Below, piece by piece: positions 1 through 10,700 of a stretch of DNA of 64,000 bases (positions are counted from its first letter, which is position 1; every line of letters begins with the position of its first letter). The notes under the pieces are model-generated. The model did not search any database, was not told the DNA's origin, and saw only the letters and a program-made list of their open reading frames with translations. The DNA is from Candidatus Cloacimonadales bacterium (lineage in GTDB: Bacteria > Cloacimonadota > Cloacimonadia > Cloacimonadales > JAIOQZ01): positions 1,248,001 through 1,312,000 of the forward strand of contig OY762463.1 of assembly GCA_963665815.1 (NCBI GenBank). The letters are read 5' to 3'. Position numbers and translations under genes: made by a program.

Positions 1-632
1 GAATTACGGATAATAATTCCAACTGTTGTTGCGTTCAATCCGAAAATGTTAAGCTTATCTTCATCAACTGTGATTGATACTTCTCGATCAAGATCTCCGA
101 TAATCTCTGCCGAAGCAACACCGTCAAGCTGCTGTAATCTTCTTTTTATCAGATTCTCAGATAGACGTTGAAGCTGAACTATACCTGCATTGCTCTTAAG
201 CGAAACGGCTATATGCATGACAGGATCTTCTGAGGGATCAACCCGTGCAATATTGGGTCTCTCCATTTCGTCAGGTAAAATATATCTTATCCCGTCGAGC
301 TTCTCCCTGAGATGCAGAGCAGCATAAGACATCTTTGTACCCCAGTTATACTTTATGGATACAATTGATACATTCTCACGTGACTCCGAATCTACACTTT
401 TTACATTTTTTAGTGTTGATACCGTCTCTTCAACAACCTGAGTTACAAGACGTTCCACCTCTTCAGGCGATGCATCGGGATACGTGGAAATGACAGTCAA
501 TTGAGGATATCCGATATCCGGTAGAAAGTCAATTGACAATTGCAGATATGAAACAATTCCCATGATAACAGTAAGAAGATAGAACATCATTATACTGATA
601 GGACGTTTTATACTAATTTCAGTAATTTTCAT
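1..632 (-). CDS. RND efflux transporter permease subunit (AcrB/CusA family), N-terminal part; runs off window start
   Basis: Hand translation from ATG at 632: MKITEISIKRPISIMMFYLLTVIMGIVSYLQLSIDFLPDIGYPQLTVISTYPDASPEEVERLVT..., the typical AcrB-family N-terminus; directly downstream of a membrane fusion protein gene. Confidence 0.93.
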   Translation of the reverse strand, partial: MKITEISIKRPISIMMFYLLTVIMGIVSYLQLSIDFLPDIGYPQLTVISTYPDASPEEVERLVTQVVEETVSTLKNVKSVDSESRENVSIVSIKYNWGTKMSYAALHLREKLDGIRYILPDEMERPNIARVDPSEDPVMHIAVSLKSNAGIVQLQRLSENLIKRRLQQLDGVASAEIIGDLDREVSITVDEDKLNIFGLNATTVGIIIRN

Positions 633-637
633 AATTA

Positions 638-1708
638 TCAGAACTGCCTTGAGATTTCAGCAAAGGAAATAGTATCTGCTACACTGATATTGGCATCGTG
701 TGACAATGAGAAGTTTCCTTCCACTATTATTTCCTGACCAGCCTCAACACCATCAAGAATCTCTGTAAAATACTCTGTTTTTACTCCCGGTTTCACATAC
801 TGCCATTTAGCGAGTCCATCCTGAGCAGCAAATACAAGAGTTTTACCATCTCTCGAAAGTACTGCATCTCTATGAACAAAAACAACATTCTTATTGATTT
901 TTCTGGCAATCTTCACATCTGCATACATGCCATGCTTAATTCTGCCATTGTTTTTGAGCTCAATTATAACTCTGCAGACTCTTGTTACTTCATTAACATC
1001 CGGAGAAATTGATTTAACTTTTCCCTCAAATACTTCTCCTGTAACTGCCGGAAATTTTATCTTGCAGTATGCCCCTTTTTTTATCTCATTCACTTCTGAT
1101 TCCAGAATATTGACTTCTACTCTCATTATTTCCATATCATAAAGTGAGTAAAGCTTTTGTCCTGCCGAAATTTCTTCACCGGCTTCTACAAATATTTCTG
1201 ATACAGTTCCTGAGAATGGAGCTTTCACGATAGCATGTTTTAAGTTGTTTTCCAGTTTTTCCCTGTACAGCATGGCTTCAGATAATCCTGTCTGCAACTT
1301 CAGATTCTCATTAGAGCTGTTCTGAGAAACAGTCTTCCACGCATCATATTCTGCTCTTGCTTTCTGCTCCTGAATCTGAGCTCCCCTTAAATCTAGCTCA
1401 AGATTATCCGATTTCAACTCAATAATTGTATCGTTCTCAGCACATCTATCATATTCATCAAAATTGATTTCTTTAATCTCTCCGCTAATCTGAGCATTGA
1501 CATCCAGACTCCTTCTGGCATATGTTACACCATTAGCAGTCAGATATTCTGTAAGATCACCTTGAACGGCTGGAGATACTGTAACTGGAACAGATATTTT
1601 GTAATTTGTGTCTGCCTTTTTAGCAGCGTCTTTCTTCTTTTTAAGGAATTTACACCCTGTGATAATCATTCCAAAAACTATTAAACAAATAATCAATCTT
1701 CTATTCAT
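638..1708 (-). CDS. RND efflux periplasmic adaptor (membrane fusion protein), lipoprotein
   Basis: Motifs VNAQISGEI, VKAPFSGTV, GKVKSISP, GMYADV; likely start MNRRLII at 1708 after AAGGAAG; lipobox-like ITG-C. Confidence 0.9.
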   Translation of the reverse strand: MNRRLIICLIVFGMIITGCKFLKKKKDAAKKADTNYKISVPVTVSPAVQGDLTEYLTANGVTYARRSLDVNAQISGEIKEINFDEYDRCAENDTIIELKSDNLELDLRGAQIQEQKARAEYDAWKTVSQNSSNENLKLQTGLSEAMLYREKLENNLKHAIVKAPFSGTVSEIFVEAGEEISAGQKLYSLYDMEIMRVEVNILESEVNEIKKGAYCKIKFPAVTGEVFEGKVKSISPDVNEVTRVCRVIIELKNNGRIKHGMYADVKIARKINKNVVFVHRDAVLSRDGKTLVFAAQDGLAKWQYVKPGVKTEYFTEILDGVEAGQEIIVEGNFSLSHDANISVADTISFAEISRQF

Positions 1709-1842
1709 AAAACTTCCTTTGTGAAAATCATTGAGATCAAAGCACATTTGTACTATATGATTTTTGTTCCCTCTAACCTTTATTTATATGCAACCTCACT
1801 ATTGACAACCTTTTTTTTGTTTTTTCTGTTGTTTCAAATCTC

Positions 1843-3582
1843 TTAATTATTCTGAACTTTCCTTTTCAACACATAATATCTAAGTAACGGACTGAATTCA
1901 CTGTCAGCCTTCTCTTTTATAAATTCTTCATTTGACTGCACTTCACTACTAAAATGATTCAGCAGTACTTGAGCATATCCTGAGAGAATCTCATTTTCAT
2001 GCTTCATATTTATTATTTGATTAATTTTCCCGTTTTGTCCGGATTCAAATGCCCAATACAATCCGTAAACTAAAAATACATCATCATTCTTTTCCTTAAA
2101 CAACCTTACACATTCACTCACAGCACTGTCTGCATAAGCATTATTATACAAAGTATACAATTCCCAGAATTTCCCTTTATTTTCCGGCTTTACATTCTTT
2201 ATAGCATTTGACAGCATCAAAAAATCATTAACACTCTCTCCCGAAGGATATGTTACTATCACTTCTGCAAGAATCGTATCTGCCTTTTCAGTTTCACCTT
2301 CCAGCAAAAACTTCTGAACTTCAAGAAAATTCAGTTCTATCTTCTGGGTATCATTAGAAGCATTAAGCTTTAACATGTTTTTCTGCTTTTCATAGTCTTC
2401 CATGGAACCATTAATTAGATAATGTTTCATAAGCTCCATTACAACCTGATTTCTCTGAAACATATTATTTGTCGATTTCAATGCAAAATTCAGATACTCA
2501 AGCATTTTAGAAAAATCGTGATTGAGGTTTCTTTCCAGTTCAGCAAGAATTACAGCAGTTTCAAATTTAAGGTTTTTCCTGCGTGTTCTATACTTTTTCT
2601 TCTGTAAGTCAGAGAACAGAAGATTCATATCATTATATGCTAATCTGAACTCTCCCCTGCTGATATCTACTCTGGCAATATCGAGCCTGATCTCTGCTTT
2701 TTCGACAAAACCGTTTATTGAGTCTAACAGATATACATATCCTTTTCTGGCAACTTCCCAGTTCTTAAGCTGCATCTGCTGGCGAATGAAATTATATATT
2801 TTATCGGCAGGAAGCTTTTTCACCTCTTTCAAAGCAGACTCATAATCATGCACATGATTGTATAACTCTGTCATAATATCAGCGGAAATCTCAGTTTTAA
2901 GCCTCCCGACTTCCTTTTCGATTGTTCTCATCTGAGTAATATCTGCATCCAGAACCATCCTCAGTAATCTCAGCATTGAATACCTCTGATTTCTGTTTTC
3001 TGAATATTTCAGTATTTCTTTAATTGCCTTTCCCGGTTTGTTTACATTCTGGTAAGCTGTTGCCAACTGAACAATATACAGCTTCGGATTCTCTCTGATT
3101 GCTCTGGTTTTCTCATATATTTTTATTGCAAACTCATCATCCTTATAAGCGGTAAACAACGATCCCATACTATTCGCCAGTCCCACCTTAAAATTACTTT
3201 TATTCAAAGCATATAGAGCAAGCTTTTCCGCACTGTCAACTTCACCTTTCTGAAGATACAGCCGAACCTGCATATCCGTTCTCTTATCTTCCGGGATAAC
3301 ATTTTTATGTTTATTTAAAACTTCTTCTGCTTCTACCAGTCTTGATGTTCTCATAAGAATATTGAACAATCTGTTGATCGCCATTATATCATTCGGATAA
3401 TCACTGAGCATATTCCTGTATATTTCTTCAGCAACATCATACTGCCCCTGAATCTCCATCTTCTGGGCACTGCTGAGCATCTTTGATCTCTTATTACTAC
3501 CTGAAGGCAGCCTTATCATATTTCCCTGAGCAGACAGCATTACAGGTATTAGTACAGCAATAAGATATATCAGCTTTCTCAT
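1843..3582 (-). CDS. Secreted tetratricopeptide-repeat protein
   Basis: Signal peptide (MRKLIYLIAVLIPVMLSA), repeated TPR-like helical pairs; overlaps the upstream gene by 4 nt. Confidence 0.75.
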   Translation of the reverse strand: MRKLIYLIAVLIPVMLSAQGNMIRLPSGSNKRSKMLSSAQKMEIQGQYDVAEEIYRNMLSDYPNDIMAINRLFNILMRTSRLVEAEEVLNKHKNVIPEDKRTDMQVRLYLQKGEVDSAEKLALYALNKSNFKVGLANSMGSLFTAYKDDEFAIKIYEKTRAIRENPKLYIVQLATAYQNVNKPGKAIKEILKYSENRNQRYSMLRLLRMVLDADITQMRTIEKEVGRLKTEISADIMTELYNHVHDYESALKEVKKLPADKIYNFIRQQMQLKNWEVARKGYVYLLDSINGFVEKAEIRLDIARVDISRGEFRLAYNDMNLLFSDLQKKKYRTRRKNLKFETAVILAELERNLNHDFSKMLEYLNFALKSTNNMFQRNQVVMELMKHYLINGSMEDYEKQKNMLKLNASNDTQKIELNFLEVQKFLLEGETEKADTILAEVIVTYPSGESVNDFLMLSNAIKNVKPENKGKFWELYTLYNNAYADSAVSECVRLFKEKNDDVFLVYGLYWAFESGQNGKINQIINMKHENEILSGYAQVLLNHFSSEVQSNEEFIKEKADSEFSPLLRYYVLKRKVQNN

Positions 3583-6500
3583 TTGTCACCTCCTTGAGAT
3601 TCCTTATTCAATTGGCGAATATACTCCTGGATTACCTCCTGATATTCCTCGGGATAATCACTCAAATTCCTGTACAATTGTGCCTTCTGCTTCATTGAAT
3701 TGAATTTCTCAAGCACATGTTCCGGTACTGTCCAGTCTTTGTTCGATCTTTCAGCACGTCTCTTCTTAGATGTTTCTCTCTTGTTGATTGATTTCTGTAT
3801 ATCAAGCATTTTTGATACAATTTTGCTCTGTCTTTCGATTAGCTCTCTATCAACTTTTCGATATCTCATTTGACGTGAAATTTCTTCAAGTTCATCTATA
3901 AGCTGCTGCATTGCGTCAGCCTGTTTCTGAGCTTCCCCTTCAGTCTGCAGCATTCTTTTCATGTTCTCTGCCATTCTCTGTTCATTACCAGCCATTTCCT
4001 GAAGCTGCTTTCTCTGTTGTGAAGACATTCCGCTGTCAGATAACTGATCAAACAACTGCTGAGTCATCATATTCATTGTCATCTGTTCTGCACTCATTTT
4101 CTGCATTGACTGCATGAAGGACTGCATTGAACCGCTTCCTCCGCCAGATGACATACTTGCCTGCGACTGCATCAGATCATAAATCATTGTATTCAGTATT
4201 CCCTGAAGCTCAGGCAGATACTTGTTTATATTATACACTTTCGCATCATTGATATCTGTAAACATATTATGATACACTTCACTCAAACGGGCTACATCAG
4301 TAAAAAACTTCGGAGTAATGAACAATACCGATTGCGGTATGGAGTATAGTTTTTTTAGTGTAACCTCCACTCCTTCCTTGATAGCAATCTGTTCTTTCAC
4401 GATCTTAAACGGATCTCCGTCATATCTTTTAATATTATCCTCAAGTAATGTTGACAATAAAGTGAATCTCAATATCGAATCAGATATTACAGTTCCAATA
4501 TCCCCCATCTGTCCACCGGACATCATTGACTGCATCATCTTCAGATTTTCCTGCATCTGCTGCATCTGCTGCATAGCATTCTGCTGATTCTGCTTAGATT
4601 TCTGCATCTGATTATTCTTCATGTTCTCAGAACTCTTCTTCATCTCTTCATCAAGCTTATTTTCGTCCAGTTTCTGGAGTTCATCCTGCATTTTCTGCGA
4701 TAAACTGTCCTGCTCCGAGAATAAGTCTTCGGAGTCCTTCATCTGCTTTTCCAGACTCTTCAACTTTTCTCTAAGTTCTTCCTGACGCTTTGCCAGTTTG
4801 TTCTTATCTGCCCCTTCTTTTGTATCCTTCATCAGTTCCTGCTGCTGTTTCATCAGTTCTTCCAGCATTTTCTCGCTTTTCTGAAGGCTTTGCTCCTGTT
4901 TGAGCTGTTCAAGTAGTTCAAGAGTCTGATCCAGCTTCTTATTGTATTCTTCAATGCTGAATTTGAACTTTTCAAGAGATTTCAGAATGTCCTTTTTATT
5001 CATATCAAAGACATTTTCCTGCATCTTCCTCATTTCTTCCTGTAATTCATCAGTAAAAACTTCATCCATCATATCCTTGATCTTTTCCATTTTATCAAGA
5101 GTTTCTTTCTGCAACGATTCGTTCTGTTCATATTGATCAATTACTTTCTCATATTCCTTTGCAAGCTTCTTGATATTTTCAGCAATTTTCTGTTGTTCTT
5201 TGAGGACAGCCTCAAGCTCTTTCTTATCCTCCCATTCAGGATTTTCTTTCTTCATCAGCTTTCTACGCTGTTTTTCCAATTCATTCAGCATTTCCTCGGA
5301 TTCTTTCTTCTGATCTTCAAATGAATCTTTTAAATTATCCTCAGTTTTTTCAAGCTGTTGATATATCTCCTCAATTGACGGAACTCTTAACCTGTACTTA
5401 CGGCTCATACCTGTTTGCGGACTCGGTTTATTATCTTTGACTGTTATCCAGTATTCAAGTTCATCTCCCGGACCGAGATCAAGGCTTTGACCATCAAAAA
5501 GATAATCCGTATCATACGTTATACCTTGAATTTTACCCTGAATACTTCTCGAACCTTTTTTACCAAGATACCTGAAATGAAATTTCAGCGAATTAAGCCC
5601 GAAGTCATCGGACACAAGAAAGTGCATTCCAGCATACATATCACGAGACAATATTGTATCTCTTGCAGGATAAGTTATTTCCGCAACAGGAATCTCGTCT
5701 TTGATAACTTTTATATAATAGTCAATTCTCTGAGACTGATTCCCCAGAAAATCCATTATCCTGAAATAGTATGACGAGGATCTGTCAGCCTTAAACTCCA
5801 CTGAGAACCTTTTTGCTGCTATCCTCTCCATTTTGAGAATATCACCACCATTCCACATAATATCTGCTGACTGAAGATCATTATTCGCTTCAATTTCTAT
5901 TTGCACTTTCGTTCCTTCCGGAACATTAAAATTACCATCAGCATTTTTATATTCATCGTCATCGAGATGCATGTATTCAGGATACTTCATTTTAAGATTA
6001 ATGGATCTTATCACGGGTTTTTCATAAACATCCACACGGAAAGTATCTGAGATCCCATATTGGCTTCTAACGAAATACGAGAATGAATGATCTGAATCTT
6101 TCAATTCTATAAAACCATCAGTCATTGACGATTTCTTCCAGATTTCGGTCTCTTTTGTATACAATGAATACTCAGAAATTTCCATAGGATTAACAACTGT
6201 TATTTCAAGCTCATCACCCCGGAGGATTTCCACTGATCCGGGTAAAATCTGAATGTTCTCAACAACTTTATTCTCAGGTATCCTGTATCTTAATAACGTA
6301 TTGATAGAAGACTTGATATTGGCTGGAAAAATCATAAAATGAGTGGAGAAAACAATTATCATAACTAAAGCTGTCAGAAGTTGTTTTTCTATAGGACGTT
6401 TGAACAAAGAAAGAGTTTCTGAATGTTCATCTGCCTGTTCCAGAATCACCGATACAATTTGGTTTTCACCTTTCTCATGCATTAATTCAAGAGCATTCTG

Positions 6501-6812
6501 CATTGTATCTGATTTATCATTATTGTGAATATCAAGAATTCTGGCTGCCTGTATTTCTGAAACTACATTTGCTAAAGTTTTATATATAATAAATATGTAA
6601 ATAGACAGCATTATCAGCCAGACAGCAATATTTGACCAGTATGATACAATTGCATGGTTTTCTGGGATTATTGATTTTAGAATTACAGGAAAGGCAAATC
6701 CAATATTCAAATGAATCAGCATTAACAGAACAATACTTACAGCAGCATTAAGAACGATGTTATTATTCAGCTTTGACTGCTGTTTTTTTATCTTTATTTC
6801 AAACTTACGCAT
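3579..6812 (-). CDS. DUF4175-like membrane-anchored protein with Ig-like domains and long Q/M-rich coiled coil
   Basis: N-terminal TM helices; Y-P-x-Y and DDFGL/EYWITVKDN motifs; long Q/E/K/M-rich helical C-terminus ending YPEEYQEVIQEY. Confidence 0.7.
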   Translation of the reverse strand: MRKFEIKIKKQQSKLNNNIVLNAAVSIVLLMLIHLNIGFAFPVILKSIIPENHAIVSYWSNIAVWLIMLSIYIFIIYKTLANVVSEIQAARILDIHNNDKSDTMQNALELMHEKGENQIVSVILEQADEHSETLSLFKRPIEKQLLTALVMIIVFSTHFMIFPANIKSSINTLLRYRIPENKVVENIQILPGSVEILRGDELEITVVNPMEISEYSLYTKETEIWKKSSMTDGFIELKDSDHSFSYFVRSQYGISDTFRVDVYEKPVIRSINLKMKYPEYMHLDDDEYKNADGNFNVPEGTKVQIEIEANNDLQSADIMWNGGDILKMERIAAKRFSVEFKADRSSSYYFRIMDFLGNQSQRIDYYIKVIKDEIPVAEITYPARDTILSRDMYAGMHFLVSDDFGLNSLKFHFRYLGKKGSRSIQGKIQGITYDTDYLFDGQSLDLGPGDELEYWITVKDNKPSPQTGMSRKYRLRVPSIEEIYQQLEKTEDNLKDSFEDQKKESEEMLNELEKQRRKLMKKENPEWEDKKELEAVLKEQQKIAENIKKLAKEYEKVIDQYEQNESLQKETLDKMEKIKDMMDEVFTDELQEEMRKMQENVFDMNKKDILKSLEKFKFSIEEYNKKLDQTLELLEQLKQEQSLQKSEKMLEELMKQQQELMKDTKEGADKNKLAKRQEELREKLKSLEKQMKDSEDLFSEQDSLSQKMQDELQKLDENKLDEEMKKSSENMKNNQMQKSKQNQQNAMQQMQQMQENLKMMQSMMSGGQMGDIGTVISDSILRFTLLSTLLEDNIKRYDGDPFKIVKEQIAIKEGVEVTLKKLYSIPQSVLFITPKFFTDVARLSEVYHNMFTDINDAKVYNINKYLPELQGILNTMIYDLMQSQASMSSGGGSGSMQSFMQSMQKMSAEQMTMNMMTQQLFDQLSDSGMSSQQRKQLQEMAGNEQRMAENMKRMLQTEGEAQKQADAMQQLIDELEEISRQMRYRKVDRELIERQSKIVSKMLDIQKSINKRETSKKRRAERSNKDWTVPEHVLEKFNSMKQKAQLYRNLSDYPEEYQEVIQEYIRQLNKESQGGDK

Positions 6813-7704
6813 TAACTTTACTATTCTCCCAGTTCATACTTTGAGATATGTTGTTTTCCCTCAGGTAACCGAAAAGACTGTTCATCCAATGTTTCTTTGA
6901 TCCGGGGAAAGGATTTAAAGCTATCCCGTTTTTCATTACATTTGATGTAAAACACCTCGTAATGTAGATATCCGGCCTCATTATTTTTACGCATTCTGCC
7001 AGAATTTCTATATATTGCTCCAAATCCGGAATTTCTTTCTCAACTCCAAGTTTAGCAAGAGGAGTATCCTTATATATAACTAAATTATGGAATTTTATTT
7101 CATGCAGGAATTCAACGGTGTTCAAATATTCCATACTATCTTTTATATCATCTGCACTTTCACCAGGTATTCCGACAATCAGATGTGCTCCAATATTTAT
7201 TTTATACCTGCACAATAAGTCCATAACACTACGTATATCATCAACGCTATGATTACGATTAAGAAAACTCAGGCTTTTCTCATGGATACTCTGAACACCA
7301 ATCTCAACAGTTGTTCTCTTCTTTAATTCTTTCAATCTTTTAACAATTGATTCAGAAAGAAAATCCGGACGAGTTGAAATCACAATTTCGACAATAGCAG
7401 GATGTTCATCTGCCACTTTGAAGCATTCCATCAAATCATCTTCATTACCATATGTGGAAGTCTCAGATTGGAAATACGCAATGAATCGACCTTTTCTTCC
7501 GGCAATATGTCTGGTAATCTGTTCTCCAACAGATTCTACCTGAGATTCTTCCCGCTCAAATGTATCCGGAAGACAGAAGACACACCCGCCTTTCTCTCTG
7601 TTAGGGCATATTCTGTTTATTCTAAGCCCGATTCTGTTTATTTTCTCGTTGTACTCTTTTTTTACATAAAGAGAATACATGTTAAGATATTTTGTTATAT
7701 CCAT
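6805..7704 (-). CDS. Radical SAM protein, TIGR01212/YhcC family
   Basis: CPNR-x-GGCVFC cluster motif, YFQSETSTY, ISTRPD, EIGVQS, HLIVGIPGE, IKFHNL. Confidence 0.88.
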   Translation of the reverse strand: MDITKYLNMYSLYVKKEYNEKINRIGLRINRICPNREKGGCVFCLPDTFEREESQVESVGEQITRHIAGRKGRFIAYFQSETSTYGNEDDLMECFKVADEHPAIVEIVISTRPDFLSESIVKRLKELKKRTTVEIGVQSIHEKSLSFLNRNHSVDDIRSVMDLLCRYKINIGAHLIVGIPGESADDIKDSMEYLNTVEFLHEIKFHNLVIYKDTPLAKLGVEKEIPDLEQYIEILAECVKIMRPDIYITRCFTSNVMKNGIALNPFPGSKKHWMNSLFGYLRENNISQSMNWENSKVNA

Positions 7705-7953
7705 TATATAAAAACCTTGTAAGCATGTGATAAAAGAAGCGATTAATTGTCAATGAATGATTATTTTCCTGTTACTTCACTGTATAATAAATTTTTGTAG
7801 TGCAAAAGAAAACACCTGTTATAGACCTTAGCATAATTGGTGTAATTGACTCAATTTTCGAATTCATCAAATCCTGATCTGCAATAGCAGACTCCGTTAT
7901 GCAATAAAAAAACTTGACTTTCTGAAGTGCAAAAGAAATTTAAAGTCAGTTAT

Positions 7954-8029
7954 GGGGCATTAGCTCAGCTGGGAGAGCGCATGACTGGCAGTCATGAGGT
8001 CAGCGGTTCGATCCCGCTATGCTCCACCA
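7954..8029 (+). tRNA. tRNA-Ala (GGC)
   Basis: GGGGCAT/ATGCTCC acceptor stem with G3:U70, anticodon arm CATGA-CTGGCAG-TCATG, GGTTCGATCCC T-loop, encoded CCA; 76 nt. Confidence 0.98.
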
Positions 8030-8131
8030 TAACTTTTAACTGTTTATTTAATGTAGAAAATTACGTATCTGTTATTTCTGAATTTTCATATGCTACACTA
8101 TAATCATTTTCAACTACCAGGTGGAGACGTT

Positions 8132-9355
8132 ATGTATCACATAAACATATTGCACGATAAAGACTTTGATGATTTCTTCAGGATTTTTTCCAATGCTTAT
8201 CCTCAGTTAAAACCTTCTGTAAAAATATGGGAAAAGAAATTTCCTTCAATGATTGATGAAAATTTACCAGTCCGTCTGTATGGTGCTTTTGATGATAAGA
8301 ATCTGCTTGGTATATTTACAATACATGACTTCTCCATGAATTTTAGAAATGTTCCGCTAAAAAGTTCAGGTATAGGCTCAATAGCAATTGACCTGCTGCA
8401 TAAAAAAGAAAAAGTATGTAAATTCATTATTGAGTACTTTCTTGAATACTGTAAAATAACAGGAAAAATGTTTGCTCAATTGTATCCATTTGAACCGGGA
8501 TTTTACTTCAAGATGGGATTTGGATATGGCAGTCAGATTTTCGCTTTTTCTCCGGACACAAAATCCTTGAAATTCCGAGGAAATAAATCCAGCCTGAGAC
8601 ATCTCACACTGAAAGACCTTGATGATGTTATGAGTTACTATAATAAACTACAGAAAGTTAAACATGGGCTTCTCTCCAGATCACAAAACGAATACACGGA
8701 ATATCTTTTCAGACCTGGGCATATTGCTTTAGGTTATTATGAGAACAATGAAATGAAAGGCTACATGTTTTTCCGCTTAAAGCAGACATGGGAGAACAGA
8801 GAATTACATCTGGTTGAAATGCAGTATGATTGCAGTGAAGTACTTCATACATTCCTCTACTTCCTCAATAGTCAATCTGATCAGGTTGACAATGTATTTA
8901 TGTATACTTTTGACCAGGATTTATACCATCTACTGGCAAGCCCAAGAAGTAAAAACAGTACTCTATTCTATCCTATTTACCATAAAACTGCTGATTGCGG
9001 TGTTGGATTGATGTACCGATGTACTAATATAATAAAAGCTCTTGAGATTGTCCTGACAAAAAGCAATATGAATGCAATAGAAGAATGCAAAATGAGGATA
9101 TCTGATAATTTTCTTAATAAAGAAACATTTGTTAATATTGATTTTAATGATAAAAGAGTACAGGAAATTGAAAAATCAGGAGAATACGATCTGGACATAC
9201 CAATTCAAACATTTTCGTCATTAATTGTGGGATCCCTGAAATTCCTGTCAGCCAGGAAATTAGGACTTATAAAATGCAGCGATAAAGAAAAAATCCAGCT
9301 GCTTAACGGGCTTTTCAGTACCGAAAGACAGCCGGAATGTTATAATATTTTCTGA
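8132..9355 (+). CDS. Eis-like GNAT acetyltransferase with C-terminal SCP2-like domain
   Basis: GIGSIAI, LYPFEPGFYFKMGFGY, MYRCTNI, FSSLIVG motifs; start MYHINIL after GGAG. Confidence 0.85.
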   Translation: MYHINILHDKDFDDFFRIFSNAYPQLKPSVKIWEKKFPSMIDENLPVRLYGAFDDKNLLGIFTIHDFSMNFRNVPLKSSGIGSIAIDLLHKKEKVCKFIIEYFLEYCKITGKMFAQLYPFEPGFYFKMGFGYGSQIFAFSPDTKSLKFRGNKSSLRHLTLKDLDDVMSYYNKLQKVKHGLLSRSQNEYTEYLFRPGHIALGYYENNEMKGYMFFRLKQTWENRELHLVEMQYDCSEVLHTFLYFLNSQSDQVDNVFMYTFDQDLYHLLASPRSKNSTLFYPIYHKTADCGVGLMYRCTNIIKALEIVLTKSNMNAIEECKMRISDNFLNKETFVNIDFNDKRVQEIEKSGEYDLDIPIQTFSSLIVGSLKFLSARKLGLIKCSDKEKIQLLNGLFSTERQPECYNIF

Positions 9356-10153
9356 TTATTTCTCTTTGTCTTTAATCTCAAACAACTTCAGATTTTCAAC
9401 ATACATATTGAACCTTTCATCTGAACTAAGCTTTTTACTGTAATCTATCAGCGCTTTCTTCCAGGAACCATGCATACTGTTCGGTATGATTATATATTCC
9501 TTTCCGAATTTATCTCTATTTTTATCAATCTCTCCATAACGCTCTTCTTTTGTTCTGGCACCATTGAAATCAGCAAAATCAAAAATATTGTCTCCAACAA
9601 GCATAATAATATTGTGAGTTTCAGAAACAATATCTCTTCGGGCCTGCTTCTTCCCTCTGCCCTCTCTAAGCAGAATATGATCTTCCGAAACATCAGGGAA
9701 ACCGAATTTCTGCAAGTTTCTCAGTGTACCATCTATCTGACCCACATTTCTGTTTGAAATGTAAAACACATTGATTCCTTTCTTATAAGCATAATTGAGG
9801 AACTCAACACTTCCTGGAACAGGTTCGGCAATTGCATAGTCAATCCATGCATTGAAATCATCAGGATACTTCAGTTTTCTTCTTATATTCAAAGCGTTAT
9901 ATGGTGAGTTCTGAAGAACTGTTTCATCAATATCTACAACAATCGCTGAATTCGGTTTGATCTCTTCTAAATTATCAATGTAATCCTTAGCCGTATTATA
10001 TGCCTGGTAACAGCAAGCTCTGTATTCTGCAGAAGTCTGATGCCACAAAACAGCCATAAGGTACTTTTCTTCATTCAACTCAATTCTTTCCGCAGATAGA
10101 AATGTAATAGCCGATAACAACAGAATCAGAATAAGCTTACTTCTCATTATCAC
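9356..10153 (-). CDS. Class C acid phosphatase / 5'-nucleotidase, e(P4) family (HAD)
   Basis: WHQTSAEY, VVDIDETVLQNSPY, FYISNR, VGDNIFDF, IPNSMHGSW; signal peptide without a lipobox Cys. Confidence 0.92.
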   Translation of the reverse strand: MIMRSKLILILLLSAITFLSAERIELNEEKYLMAVLWHQTSAEYRACCYQAYNTAKDYIDNLEEIKPNSAIVVDIDETVLQNSPYNALNIRRKLKYPDDFNAWIDYAIAEPVPGSVEFLNYAYKKGINVFYISNRNVGQIDGTLRNLQKFGFPDVSEDHILLREGRGKKQARRDIVSETHNIIMLVGDNIFDFADFNGARTKEERYGEIDKNRDKFGKEYIIIPNSMHGSWKKALIDYSKKLSSDERFNMYVENLKLFEIKDKEK

Positions 10154-10700
10154 TATCTCCTTTGAAGTTCTTATATAAATCCTCCGGCAGAAGGTCCATC
10201 AAAATCTCATCATATTTTTTTCCAAACCTGACTAATGCTTCACGTCTGATTCCAACTATCTTGAAACCGGTTTTCTCATAACATTTTACGGCACCTTTAT
10301 TATACGAGTATACTTCCAGCATTATATTATGCATATTCAAATATTTAAATGCATAATCAGCGAGTAATTTCAGAGCTTCCGAACCATATCCTTTGTTCCA
10401 CATTGACTTGTCACCAATGAATATTCCAATTTCACAATTCTGGTTTCTCTGGTCCAAATTGTGTAATCCACAACTTCCAATCAATTTATCAGTTGCTATA
10501 TCAATTATACCATACATGTGTTTCTTACTGATCTTCTCAAGGATATTTTTCTCATCATGCAATGTTAGTGTTGAATCGGATATGTTGAGAGTTCGAAACA
10601 CATCCTCATCATTCAGCCAGATGCAATACTGTTCAGCATCATCTAATGAGACAGGAGAAAGATAACACTTTTCTCCTATCATTTTTCTGTAATATTTCAT
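10137..10700 (-). CDS. RimJ/RimL-family GNAT N-acetyltransferase
   Basis: EIGIFIG-x-WNKGYGSEA, L-V-x-N-x-A-x-CYEKTGF; start MKYYRK after GGAGAAG. Confidence 0.9.
   Translation of the reverse strand: MKYYRKMIGEKCYLSPVSLDDAEQYCIWLNDEDVFRTLNISDSTLTLHDEKNILEKISKKHMYGIIDIATDKLIGSCGLHNLDQRNQNCEIGIFIGDKSMWNKGYGSEALKLLADYAFKYLNMHNIMLEVYSYNKGAVKCYEKTGFKIVGIRREALVRFGKKYDEILMDLLPEDLYKNFKGDSDNEK

Noticed and set aside
7954-8100. tRNA-Ala as a prophage/island integration site
   Set aside because: No integrase nearby and I found no duplicated tRNA 3' end in the window
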